Positions 27,726 to 36,517 of a stretch of 64,000 nt of DNA are shown piece by piece. Both the position numbers and the translations under genes were made by a program. The notes beneath the pieces are model-generated. The model ran no database searches. It was not told the DNA's origin and saw nothing but the letters and a program-made list of their open reading frames with translations. Each line of letters begins with the position of its first letter. Positions within the stretch are counted from its first letter, which is position 1. Location: contig JBKJLC010000222.1 in the NCBI GenBank assembly GCA_046597055.1, positions 25,586 through 89,585 on the forward strand, given 5' to 3'. Source of the stretch: Kofleriaceae bacterium. Lineage in GTDB: Bacteria > Myxococcota_A > Polyangia > Haliangiales > Haliangiaceae.

Positions 27726-28702
27726 AGGCATGGGTGCTCGATGTGATCGCGTGCGCGGCGTGCGGTGGCCGGCTGGCCGGCGCGGGGCTGCTGCTGGCGT
27801 GTCGCGGCTGCGGCGCGCGGTATCCGCTGCTGGCCGACGTACCGGTGGTGGTGCCATCGCCCGCCGACTACCTGGCGGGTTATCGCGACGCGACCCTGGC
27901 GACCCTGGCCAGCCACGGCCAGGCCACCCGCGCCGCGGTCGAGGTGGTCGACGCCTTTGCCGAGGCGGTCGGGCGCACCGAGCCGCTGGCGTTCGGCGAC
28001 GACTGGGTCGGTCGCGAGGGCGGCGCGATGCCGGCGCCGGCCGGTGACGACGGGGCGGCGCGCGCGTTCGCCGGGTTCCTCGCCCAGGCCCGCGGCATCG
28101 ACGACGCGATCGTCCGGCTGTGCGGCGACCGCGCCGGCACCGTGGTCGAGATCGGCTGCGGCGCCGGCACCCTCGCCCGCCAGCTGGCCACGCGCGCCGA
28201 ACGCCTGCTGGTCACCGACCTGTCCCTGCGCGCGGTCCTGCGTACGACCGAGACCGCGGGCATGACGGGCGCCCGTCGACCTCGCGGCGGGGCGAACCGG
28301 GGTGGGCCGCGAGGACGCGCCGCGCCGGCGGCCCGGCCGAGCGCCGACCTTGCCGGGGCTGTCGTCGACGCCGACGCGCTGGCGCTGCGGCCGCGCTCGG
28401 TCGATCTGATCGTCGCGGCCGAGCTGATCGATCTGCTCGCCGCGCCCGACGACTTCCTCGAGTCGGCCGCGGTCGCGCTGCGCGCCGGGGGCCGGCTGGT
28501 CCTGGCGACGCCGGATCCCTCGCTCGGCACCGGCGACGACGACGCGCTCGGCACGCGGCTGCGCCACGGCGGATGGACGATCACCACCGAGGACCGCGGC
28601 GTCGCGTGGGTGCGGCCGCACGGACCGCGCCACTATCAGGTCTACTTCGCGGACGTCATCGTCGCGACCCGGGGGCCGCGTCGCCGCACACCGCGCCGCT
28701 GA
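27722..28702 (+). CDS. Class I SAM-dependent methyltransferase with N-terminal Trm112-like Zn ribbon
   Basis: LDVIACAACGG...LACRGCGARYP..DVP; VVEIGCGAG; LRAGGRL; ATGA overlap with rluA-like gene. Confidence 0.8.
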   Translation: MKAWVLDVIACAACGGRLAGAGLLLACRGCGARYPLLADVPVVVPSPADYLAGYRDATLATLASHGQATRAAVEVVDAFAEAVGRTEPLAFGDDWVGREGGAMPAPAGDDGAARAFAGFLAQARGIDDAIVRLCGDRAGTVVEIGCGAGTLARQLATRAERLLVTDLSLRAVLRTTETAGMTGARRPRGGANRGGPRGRAAPAARPSADLAGAVVDADALALRPRSVDLIVAAELIDLLAAPDDFLESAAVALRAGGRLVLATPDPSLGTGDDDALGTRLRHGGWTITTEDRGVAWVRPHGPRHYQVYFADVIVATRGPRRRTPRR

Positions 28703-28714
28703 CCGCGCCGGGCG

Positions 28715-29161
28715 TCAGTGCTCGCGATCGGGGCCGTGATCGTGATCCGGCCCGTGGTCGTGATCGTGGTCGTGGTTGCAGCCGGGACCGTGCTCGTGCT
28801 CGGCCTCGTGCGCGGCCATCTCCTTCTTGACCACCTCCATGTCCAGGCCCTTGGCCTTCTCGACCAGCTGATCGAGCGCGGCCGCCGGCAGGGCACCCGA
28901 CTCGCGGTAGAGGAGGACCCCATCGCGGAACAGCATCAGGGTCGGGATCGACTGGATCCCGGCGGCGGCAGCGAGCTCTTCCTGAGCCTCGGTGTCGATC
29001 TTGCCGAAGGTGATGTCACCGTGCTTGTCCGAGGCGGTCTCGAAGACCGGCGCGAACATCTTGCACGGGCCACACCAGTCGGCCCAGAAGTCGAGCAGGA
29101 CGATGCCGTCCTTCTCCACGGTGGCCTGAAAGTTCTCGAGGTTGATCTCGACAGTCGCCAT
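28715..29161 (-). CDS. trxA: Thioredoxin with His/Asp-rich C-terminal tail
   Basis: DFWADWCGPCK, IQSIPT; tail HEAEHEHGPGCNHDHDHDHGPDHDHGPDREH. Confidence 0.92.
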   Translation of the reverse strand: MATVEINLENFQATVEKDGIVLLDFWADWCGPCKMFAPVFETASDKHGDITFGKIDTEAQEELAAAAGIQSIPTLMLFRDGVLLYRESGALPAAALDQLVEKAKGLDMEVVKKEMAAHEAEHEHGPGCNHDHDHDHGPDHDHGPDREH

Positions 29162-29262
29162 GACGGACCTTTCGCTGCGTCGGCGGACGACGAAGAATTC
29201 GGCGGCCGGTTCGCCACCATACTGCGCACGTGCTGGGTTGTCCGCCCGATTTCGGCCCGGTT

Positions 29263-29940
29263 TCAGCCCAGCCAGCGGCGCGCCAGGGACCGCACCCGGT
29301 AGCGCGCCCGCACGTCGGCGATCGGCTCGGACCACCGGTCCTCCCACCGCACGGCGAGCAACGGCGCGGCGTCGCGCCCGACCTCGTACGCCTCGCGCAA
29401 GGAGTGCCGCAGCGCCCCCCAGCGCTGCTCGAGCACGATGTGCTTGACCGACCCGAACAGCACCACCATCGCGGACACCGGGAGGCGCAACTGCCCCCAC
29501 GAGAAGGCGTGGATGATGACCTCCTCGTGGCCGGTGATCCCGAGGCCGAGCAGCACGTGCCAGACGTCATGGGTCTGACGAAACCGGCGCATGAGGTACG
29601 CCATCTCCTCGTCCTCGACGTGGCGGGTGCGGGCCGCCTGGTAGTCGGCGGTGATGCCGTTGTCGTCGAGATGCCGGGCGTAGGCACCGCCGAGCGTGGT
29701 CGCCGGCGAGCGGCGCAGCGCGTCGAAGTCGACCACCTCGCTCGACAGCTCGGGACGCTCGGCGAGGATGCGCCGCCCCTCGGGATCGCCCCGCATCCAC
29801 GCGACCAGCTTCCGGTAGGCCGGCCGCCCGGTGATCTCCTCGACCCGATGGATCTCGTGGGTCTTCGTCGAGTCGGCGAGGACCCGGACGACGGCGCGTC
29901 CGACCAGGTAGCCATCACGCACCGTGTCGGCGACTGCCAT
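29263..29940 (-). CDS. Coq4-family protein
   Basis: DPEGRRILAERP, TLGGAY, YLMRRFRQTHDVWHVLLG...EE (HDxxH-x-E); start could be TTG 29976. Confidence 0.85.
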   Translation of the reverse strand: MAVADTVRDGYLVGRAVVRVLADSTKTHEIHRVEEITGRPAYRKLVAWMRGDPEGRRILAERPELSSEVVDFDALRRSPATTLGGAYARHLDDNGITADYQAARTRHVEDEEMAYLMRRFRQTHDVWHVLLGLGITGHEEVIIHAFSWGQLRLPVSAMVVLFGSVKHIVLEQRWGALRHSLREAYEVGRDAAPLLAVRWEDRWSEPIADVRARYRVRSLARRWLG

Positions 29941-29983
29941 GAGGATGAGCGTGGCTCGCCCGGCCGGCAGGGTCAACCGCGAG

Positions 29984-31309
29984 TCACTCGCAGGGCAGCG
30001 CGCAGCGAACGTCGAGGCTGGTATCGAAGGGCAGCAACCGGTCGCCCAGCTCGGCCCGGACCGCGACCAGGGGGCCAGGACAGGCGAGGTCGTCCACACC
30101 AGCGCGCAGGCACGGCGTGCCGTCCGCATGACCGGCGGCGCCGCACCAGGGCAGCGCGGCGATCGACACCCGCTCGCCCGAGGGCAGCTCCCGCACCAGC
30201 TCCGCCGTACACTCGGCCTGCACACCGGGCACCAGCGGCACGCGATCGAGCTCGTCGTCGAAGCAGACCGCATCGCCGACGAGCGGACGGGCGTTGCCGA
30301 ACAACAGGAACGCCTGGACCCAGTCGGTTTCGGCGCACACGTCGACCGGGGTGCTCGTGTCGAGCGCCGCGAGCCCGGCCAGGCGCGGTGCCGGCCCCAC
30401 ACCGGCCCCACTCGCGCAGACCGTGGCGAGCTTCGGCCCGGGCGCGACCAGGACCTCGGCGCGCCCCGACACCACCGCGAAATGCACCAGGCGCGCATCG
30501 CCGTAGGCGGTCCGTTGGATCAGGTGCGCGATCGTGGCCTGGACGTCGACGAGGCCGCCATCGCTGCGCGCGACACAGTTGGTGCGGGGCCCGGGCGCGG
30601 CCGGGTCGGCCGGGTCGCAGCGGACGCCACGGGCAAAGCACTGGAAGTCGACCGCGGCCTCGACATCGGCGGCGCCGGCCACACCGGCCAGCACGCCGGG
30701 TTCGACCAGCGAGCAGTCGTCGCTGTCGGTGATGATCGCCACCAGAAGCCGTGCGTGCTCCCGGCGGAAGCCATCGTTGGCGGGCTGGCTGCCGTCGAGC
30801 GCGAGCGTCGCAGCAGCCAGTGGCTGACTGACGGGACAGGTCGACCGCGGCACGTCGAGCAGGCACGCGAACGCGTCGGTGAGCTCGCCCGGGTAGTTGC
30901 GCACGTGGCTGTCGTCGTTCAGCCGTCGGTCGGTCAGGAACGCGCCGGTGAGGCCGCAGCGGGCTCCGCCCTGCATCGCCCCCGGCGCGCGCGGGGCCTC
31001 GCAGCCGGGCACGGCGGCGGCACCGAGATCGCTGGCGACCACGCCCACGTGCATGTCGATGCCACCTTCGCGAGCGAGCAAGGCGACCTCGCGCAGGTTG
31101 GCCGCCAGCGTGGGCGTCTGGTCGGCCATCGACGGGGAGACGTCGACCACGAACAGAACGTCGAGCGCCGCCGGTGGATGGATCGGCCAGACGAGCCGCT
31201 CCTCGATGGCGCAGACCTGCGGCAGCTCGTCCGCGGTGTCGGCGTCGAGACAGGCGCCGAGCAGCAGGACTGCCAGCCAGGCAAGGAGCGCAGTGAAGCA
31301 GCGCGACAT
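29984..31309 (-). CDS. Cys-rich vWA-like lipoprotein (myxobacterial type)
   Basis: LGAC lipobox; LDVLFVVDVSPSM (MIDAS DxSxS), IITDSDDCS; many Cys. Confidence 0.8.
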   Translation of the reverse strand: MSRCFTALLAWLAVLLLGACLDADTADELPQVCAIEERLVWPIHPPAALDVLFVVDVSPSMADQTPTLAANLREVALLAREGGIDMHVGVVASDLGAAAVPGCEAPRAPGAMQGGARCGLTGAFLTDRRLNDDSHVRNYPGELTDAFACLLDVPRSTCPVSQPLAAATLALDGSQPANDGFRREHARLLVAIITDSDDCSLVEPGVLAGVAGAADVEAAVDFQCFARGVRCDPADPAAPGPRTNCVARSDGGLVDVQATIAHLIQRTAYGDARLVHFAVVSGRAEVLVAPGPKLATVCASGAGVGPAPRLAGLAALDTSTPVDVCAETDWVQAFLLFGNARPLVGDAVCFDDELDRVPLVPGVQAECTAELVRELPSGERVSIAALPWCGAAGHADGTPCLRAGVDDLACPGPLVAVRAELGDRLLPFDTSLDVRCALPCE

Positions 31310-31322
31310 GACAGCCCCGTAC

Positions 31323-31338
31323 TGCAACCGACGTACCT
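31323..31338 (-). promoter_or_regulatory. Putative sigma54 promoter
   Basis: Minus strand AGGTACGTCGGTTGCA (GG-N10-GC), 13 nt before ATG 31309. Confidence 0.5.
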
Positions 31339-31439
31339 GTCGGCGCCGAGAGGTTGCAGCCAGTTGCCGAGCTCCGCGCTGCCAACATGCGTGCGACCGC
31401 CAACCGCGTTGGCGGGCGGCTCGTCTACGATGCCGGCTC

Positions 31440-32189
31440 GTGCCGCTCTCCACCGACGAGCTGATCGTCCTCGCGCTCGTGCTCGGCGCCGGCAGCTTCG
31501 TCGAGGCGGTCGCGGGCTTCGGCGGCACCGTCCTCGCGCTCTCGCTCGGCGCGCGCTGGTTCACGATCGAGCAGCTGCTCGGCTGGTTCCTCCCGATCAA
31601 CCTGATCTTGTCGACCACGCTCGCGGTGCGCGGGCGCCGGTCGATCGAGGGCCACCTGCTCGCGACCCGCATCCTGCCCATAATCCTGATCGGGCTGGCC
31701 GGTGGCACCGCGCTGGCGTGGGTGGTCGACGCCCAGCGGGCGCGCGCCCTGTTCGCCGGCCTGGTCATCGTGGTCGCGCTCGCCGAGCTCGGTGGTCACC
31801 TCCGCGCCGGCGAGCGTCGGCCCCCACCACCCACGATCCAGCGCGGGCTGCTGCTCGGGGCCGGCGTGATCCACGGCCTGTTCGCCACCGGCGGACCCCT
31901 CGCGGTGGCCGTGATCGCGCGGCTGATCACGACCAAGGCGGCGCTGCGCGCCACGCTTGCCGTGATGTGGCTGACGCTCAACGTGATCGTGCTGGCCCGC
32001 CTGGCCAGCCGCGGCCACCTCACCGCCACCACGCTCACGGTGTCGGCGCTGCTGCTCCCTGCGATGCTGACCGGCCTCGGCGTCGGCGAGCTCGTACATC
32101 ACCGGGTCAGCGAGCACGGCTTTCGCCGCGCGGTCGCCGTGCTCCTGCTCGTCACCGGCGTGCTGCTGCTGCTCGCGTCGCTGCGGTGA
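31440..32189 (+). CDS. TauE/SafE (TSUP) family membrane transporter
   Basis: About 8 TM helices; AGFGG, GLFATGGP motifs. Confidence 0.85.
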   Translation: MPLSTDELIVLALVLGAGSFVEAVAGFGGTVLALSLGARWFTIEQLLGWFLPINLILSTTLAVRGRRSIEGHLLATRILPIILIGLAGGTALAWVVDAQRARALFAGLVIVVALAELGGHLRAGERRPPPPTIQRGLLLGAGVIHGLFATGGPLAVAVIARLITTKAALRATLAVMWLTLNVIVLARLASRGHLTATTLTVSALLLPAMLTGLGVGELVHHRVSEHGFRRAVAVLLLVTGVLLLLASLR

Positions 32190-32283
32190 CCGGGCCGCCA
32201 CCCCGACGGCGCCGCCAGCGATCTGCCGGGTCTTGCGCGAAACTGCGCGACCGCGACGAGCCCGAGGACGCTACCAACAAGGC

Positions 32284-32847
32284 ATGCAACCACGGTTCAT
32301 GCTGGCCGGCCTGTGCCTCGCGACCGTCCTTGCGCCCGGCTCGGCTGGCGCCGACGCGCGTCGGCACGCCGCCCACGGCATCCTCGGCGTCGCGACCCCG
32401 GTCGGTACGCTCGGCGGCGAGCTCGAATGGATGGTGGCCGACGAGCTGAGCCTGTCCGGAGGCATCGGTGTGTCCGGGTCCGGGCCGCAGATCGCCGTGA
32501 TGCCGCGGTACCAGCTCCCGGTCGGGACGCGCGCCTGGCTCGGGCTTGGCCTCGGGCTGTCCGGCGGGCCGTACACGTGGAAGGAATTTTGCCTGGGCGG
32601 GTCCGGCTGCACCGAGCGGACGGCGACCTTCGCCCTCTGGGGCAACGCCGAGCTGTCGGGCGCCTGGCAGTGGCGCAACGGCATGAGCCTGCGGATCTTC
32701 TTGGGCGTCGGGCAGGTCCTCAACCCGGGCGCGCTGACCTGCGACTTTTACGATCGCTCCAACTACTGCAAGGCCGAGGACGAGGCGTCCGGCGAGCGGT
32801 TGCCCTCGTTCGGGCTCGCGTACGGCGGCGCGTTCGGCCCGCGCTGA
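32284..32847 (+). CDS. Secreted/outer-membrane beta-strand protein, unknown function
   Basis: Signal peptide ending AGA; amphipathic Gly/aromatic strands; Cys pairs in loops. Confidence 0.65.
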   Translation: MQPRFMLAGLCLATVLAPGSAGADARRHAAHGILGVATPVGTLGGELEWMVADELSLSGGIGVSGSGPQIAVMPRYQLPVGTRAWLGLGLGLSGGPYTWKEFCLGGSGCTERTATFALWGNAELSGAWQWRNGMSLRIFLGVGQVLNPGALTCDFYDRSNYCKAEDEASGERLPSFGLAYGGAFGPR

Positions 32848-33081
32848 GGAGACGAGCGCCCGGCTGTGACGCCACGCGCGCCGGCGGTCATTCCGACGGG
32901 GCCGCGGCCAGCGTCTGCTCCGCCGCGGCCAGCTCGTCGGCAGACATCCGCCGGTAGTACTGGCCAGCCAGCGCCTCGTCATCGATCTCCGGCGCTGCAG
33001 GGGCAGCAGTCTCGGCGATCGCACGCGGGGACCCACGGGCGGCCGCGCGCCCACCGTCCCGAAGGGGAGATATAGGTGACA

Positions 33082-33096
33082 ACGTAAACTTTACGT
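33082..33096. promoter_or_regulatory. Probable TetR operator (perfect 7-1-7 palindrome)
   Basis: ACGTAAA-C-TTTACGT in an AT-rich patch 15 nt upstream of tetR start. Confidence 0.65.
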
Positions 33097-33111
33097 CGTA
33101 CATCTTCACTC

Positions 33112-33744
33112 GTGGGTCGTGCCGCGCTGACCGCCGAGGACCATGCCGCCTTCCGTCGGGCGATGCGGGACGTCGCGACCCGCCGGTTCGCCGACCACGG
33201 CGAGCGCGGCGTGACGATGCGAGGGCTCGCCGAGGACCTGGGCTGCAGCCCGATGACGCCGTACCGGTACTTTCGCGACAAGGACGAGATCCTCGGGGTG
33301 GTGCGCGTGGCCGCCTTCGAGGCATTCGCCATCGCGCAGGAGCTCGCGTTCGCCACCGAGCGGCACCCGGTGCGCCGGCTGCACGTGCTGGCCCGCGCCT
33401 ACGCGACGCACGCGCTCGCCCACGCGGATGAGTACCGCGTGATGTTCCAGCTCGTGCAACCGGAACGCGACAGCTCCGACCTCGGCCGCGTCGTGCGCCG
33501 CGGCTGGCTGCCGTTGCGTACGACCGTGGACGAGGCCATCACCGCCGGCGCGATCGCGGGCGACCCCGACGAGCTGGCCCACGTGTGCTGGGCCGCCCTG
33601 CACGGGCTGGTCACGCTGCACCTCGCCGGCAAGCTGCGGCTCGGTCGCGAGCTCGAGCACCTGATCGTTCCGATGATCGACCGCCTGTGCGGCGTCCGAT
33701 CATCAGCGCGCAAGCCGACCCCACCCCGAAAGAGATCGCGATGA
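33112..33744 (+). CDS. TetR/AcrR family regulator (WHG-type C-terminus)
   Basis: VTMRGLAEDLGCSPMTPYRYFRDKDEI HTH; CWAALHGLVTL. Confidence 0.92.
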   Translation: MGRAALTAEDHAAFRRAMRDVATRRFADHGERGVTMRGLAEDLGCSPMTPYRYFRDKDEILGVVRVAAFEAFAIAQELAFATERHPVRRLHVLARAYATHALAHADEYRVMFQLVQPERDSSDLGRVVRRGWLPLRTTVDEAITAGAIAGDPDELAHVCWAALHGLVTLHLAGKLRLGRELEHLIVPMIDRLCGVRSSARKPTPPRKRSR

Positions 33745-34181
33745 GCAACCTTTCCCGTTTCCTGGCGTACGCCGCAGCCTTCGAACAGACCTACCTCGAC
33801 GACGACTGGAGCCGGCTCGCGCCGTTCTTCACCGAAGACGCCGTGTACGAGGTGACCGGCCTGGGCAAGCCGTACCTGCTGAGGGGTCGGGACGAGATCT
33901 TCCGCGGCATGCGGCGCTCGCTCGACGGCTTCGACCGCCGGCTGGACGGCCGCGAGATCGTGCCGTCGGCGCCGCCGTCGGAAGTGGATGGACGGGTGAA
34001 CCTGACCGGCGTGGTCCGCTACCGCCGGGCCGGCGCGCCCGACGGCGAGCTCGCAGCCACGATCGTCGCGGTGTTCGACGGAGATCGTATCTGCCACATG
34101 CACGACACGTTCACCCTCGATCACCCTGCGATAATCTGGCTCGCCACCCACGCCGCCGACCTCGACGGCTCGTACGCCTGA
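33741..34181 (+). CDS. SnoaL-like/NTF2-family protein
   Basis: LAPFFTEDAVY, GRDEI, FDGDRICHMHD; ATGA overlap with tetR. Confidence 0.8.
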   Translation: MSNLSRFLAYAAAFEQTYLDDDWSRLAPFFTEDAVYEVTGLGKPYLLRGRDEIFRGMRRSLDGFDRRLDGREIVPSAPPSEVDGRVNLTGVVRYRRAGAPDGELAATIVAVFDGDRICHMHDTFTLDHPAIIWLATHAADLDGSYA

Positions 34182-34406
34182 GCGCCGTGCCAGGCACCAG
34201 TGCACCGCAGACGCTGCCGCGCACTCGCGCGATCCATTGAGGCTGCCGATCATCGAACCTGCCCGATCGTGGTGCTCCTCGGACCGCACGAGCGCGGTCC
34301 CTGCCGGACGGCCCGAGGTCGGCCAGGCGGCATTCGCTGGCAACCAGTCGCTACCGCCGAGAACACCGGCACTCGCCGCCCCGCCGCGCAGTACCGTGGC
34401 GTCCCC

Positions 34407-34787
34407 ATGCGCTCCGCCGCCGTCGCCCTCGCCCTCGTCGCACTCGCCGCTTGTGGCGACAGCTCGTCGTCGCGAACCGTCGACGCGGCGACCGGCGGAC
34501 CCGCCATCGCGGCCTGCGCCGACGTCGACGCGACCACGCTGACCAGCGCCACGATCGACGACCTGGTCGCGCGGTACCAGGGGCGCGCCTGTACGAGCCC
34601 GCTGGCTGGGGGCGACCGGGGCCTCCAGCAGGAGTGTCAGTACGGAGCCCAGCTCTCGGTCTGCGGCCAGAGCGCGGGGCTCGCCCAGCTCGGCTGCCGG
34701 TGCGAGGAAGGGGGCCTGTTCTGCTCCAACGGCGAGGCCATCAAGGCCGGGCAAGAGCGCCTGTGCGGCGATGCCGGCGTAGAGTGA
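34407..34787 (+). CDS. Small Cys-rich lipoprotein
   Basis: MRSAAVALALVALAAC lipobox; multiple Cys. Confidence 0.7.
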   Translation: MRSAAVALALVALAACGDSSSSRTVDAATGGPAIAACADVDATTLTSATIDDLVARYQGRACTSPLAGGDRGLQQECQYGAQLSVCGQSAGLAQLGCRCEEGGLFCSNGEAIKAGQERLCGDAGVE

Positions 34788-34928
34788 CACCGCGCCGACG
34801 CCCCGGGGCGCGCTGGGCATCTGCATCAGGAGCCCGCATGAGCCGAGGATCGCACCCCGGCAGCCCATCACTGAACGGCCCGTCCGCGCGCCGGCGCACC
34901 GTGCCGGGTGCGCCGGCGCAGGCTCACG

Positions 34929-36392
34929 TCAGGGACCGTAGAGGGTGCCCTGCGGGGCGCCGGTTTGCATGAGGCGCAGCAGCTCGCGGCCCAGCGCGAC
35001 CTCGACGTCGAGCGCGGGCTCGGCCAGCGCCGCGGCGTCGGCCTCGAAGCGATCGGCCGCGGCCTGCATGATCGCCAGTGCCGCGTCCCGGTCATTGCCG
35101 TACTGGTCGGCGGCGTCGTGCATGCCCGACACCAGCAGCGCCAGCGCGGTCGTGCGCGCGGTCGACGCCTGCGCGAACCACTGGCCGCGGTCGTCGAGGT
35201 TGCCGTCACGCGCGACGTGGAGCGCGCTGGTCCGCGTCACGCCGGCCGGGTTCCGCCACGACAGGTCGAGGTCGGCGGCGAGCCCGTCGAGCGCGGCCAG
35301 CTCGGTCTCGCGCAGCGACACCAGCAGGGCGCCGCGTCGCTTCGACAGGAACACGGTCGCGACCTCGAGGCTGGGATCCTCGGCGAAGCCGGCCGGGAAG
35401 CCGTAGCCATCGGCGATCGCCAGTCCGGGCGCCGGACGCACCGCGACCGCGAGGTCGTAGGCGATCGGCGCGGTGAACCACGGGAACTCGTCCGCGATCA
35501 GCGCGCTGACGTGCTCGGGCCTCTGGAGGCTGAACGCGTTGGCGCCGCGCACCTGCGCCATGCTCTGCAGCACCTCGGGGCCGACGCCGAGCCCGAGCGC
35601 GAGCACGGTCAGGTGCACGCCGTCGTCAGCACCGGCCGCCGCCATCTGCTCGAACTCGCTGGGCGCGGTCGCGCCGACGTTGGGCTGCACGTCGGTGAAC
35701 AGCACCAGCCGCACGTTCTGCTGCCCGGCGGCGCGCGCCTGCCGGCCGAGCTCGTAGGCGCGGCGCAGGCCGCCCTCCATGTCGGTCGACCCGGCCTCGC
35801 GCAGCTGATCGATCGCCGCGCTGATGCGGGCCTGGTCCGAGCCGCGGGTCAGGCCCAGCGGGGTCGCGATCTCGCTGCCGTACGTGACGATGGCGACCTG
35901 ATCGCCGGCGTCGACCTGATCGGCGAGCGCGTGCAGGGTCGCGCGCGACAGCCAGCCCGGGGTCGGGTACGCCTCGCTGCCGTTGCTCCAGCCCATCGAT
36001 CCCGACACGTCGACCGTGAAGATGAAGGTGGTCGGCGGCCGCACGAACCGGTCGGGATCGACGTTCGACGACATCCCGACCTGCAGCCAGCCGCGCGCGG
36101 CACCGGCCCGGTCGGGCGCGACCCCGGCCGCGGCCCGCAGGCACAGCGTGTCGTTGCAGGGCGCGCCGGTGAGCCCGAGGTCGTGCTCGGCGAACATGCC
36201 CTCGACCAGCAGCGCGCCGGGAGGCGGGACCCGGCCGCTCGCGATCAGCTCGCGCGCCAGGCTCATGTCTTTCACGCCGCCCGGGGTCGCGCCGAAGTCG
36301 CCGCCGGTGGGGCTGCCACTGTAGGCATCCACCGAACCGCACGCGGCCACCAGGGTCAGGAATAGATACCGGAGCGAGCGGAGCGGCTTCAT
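34929..36392 (-). CDS. vWA-domain lipoprotein (YfbK-like)
   Basis: LVAAC lipobox; FTVDVSGSM, GSTDMEGGL, LVLFTD. Confidence 0.85.
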   Translation of the reverse strand: MKPLRSLRYLFLTLVAACGSVDAYSGSPTGGDFGATPGGVKDMSLARELIASGRVPPPGALLVEGMFAEHDLGLTGAPCNDTLCLRAAAGVAPDRAGAARGWLQVGMSSNVDPDRFVRPPTTFIFTVDVSGSMGWSNGSEAYPTPGWLSRATLHALADQVDAGDQVAIVTYGSEIATPLGLTRGSDQARISAAIDQLREAGSTDMEGGLRRAYELGRQARAAGQQNVRLVLFTDVQPNVGATAPSEFEQMAAAGADDGVHLTVLALGLGVGPEVLQSMAQVRGANAFSLQRPEHVSALIADEFPWFTAPIAYDLAVAVRPAPGLAIADGYGFPAGFAEDPSLEVATVFLSKRRGALLVSLRETELAALDGLAADLDLSWRNPAGVTRTSALHVARDGNLDDRGQWFAQASTARTTALALLVSGMHDAADQYGNDRDAALAIMQAAADRFEADAAALAEPALDVEVALGRELLRLMQTGAPQGTLYGP

Positions 36393-36406
36393 GAGCCGTG
36401 GCCCAT

Positions 36407-36422
36407 CGCATCCGGCGTACCA
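36407..36422 (-). promoter_or_regulatory. Putative sigma54 promoter
   Basis: Minus strand TGGTACGCCGGATGCG (GG-N10-GC), 14 nt before ATG 36392. Confidence 0.55.
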
Positions 36423-36517
36423 GGTGACCGCCACGGGTTCCGCATCGTTGGCGCCGGCGCGCTGCGATCGCCCGGCAGGTTCCGGACATCCATGTCACGG
36501 GCCTATACTCGCGCGCG

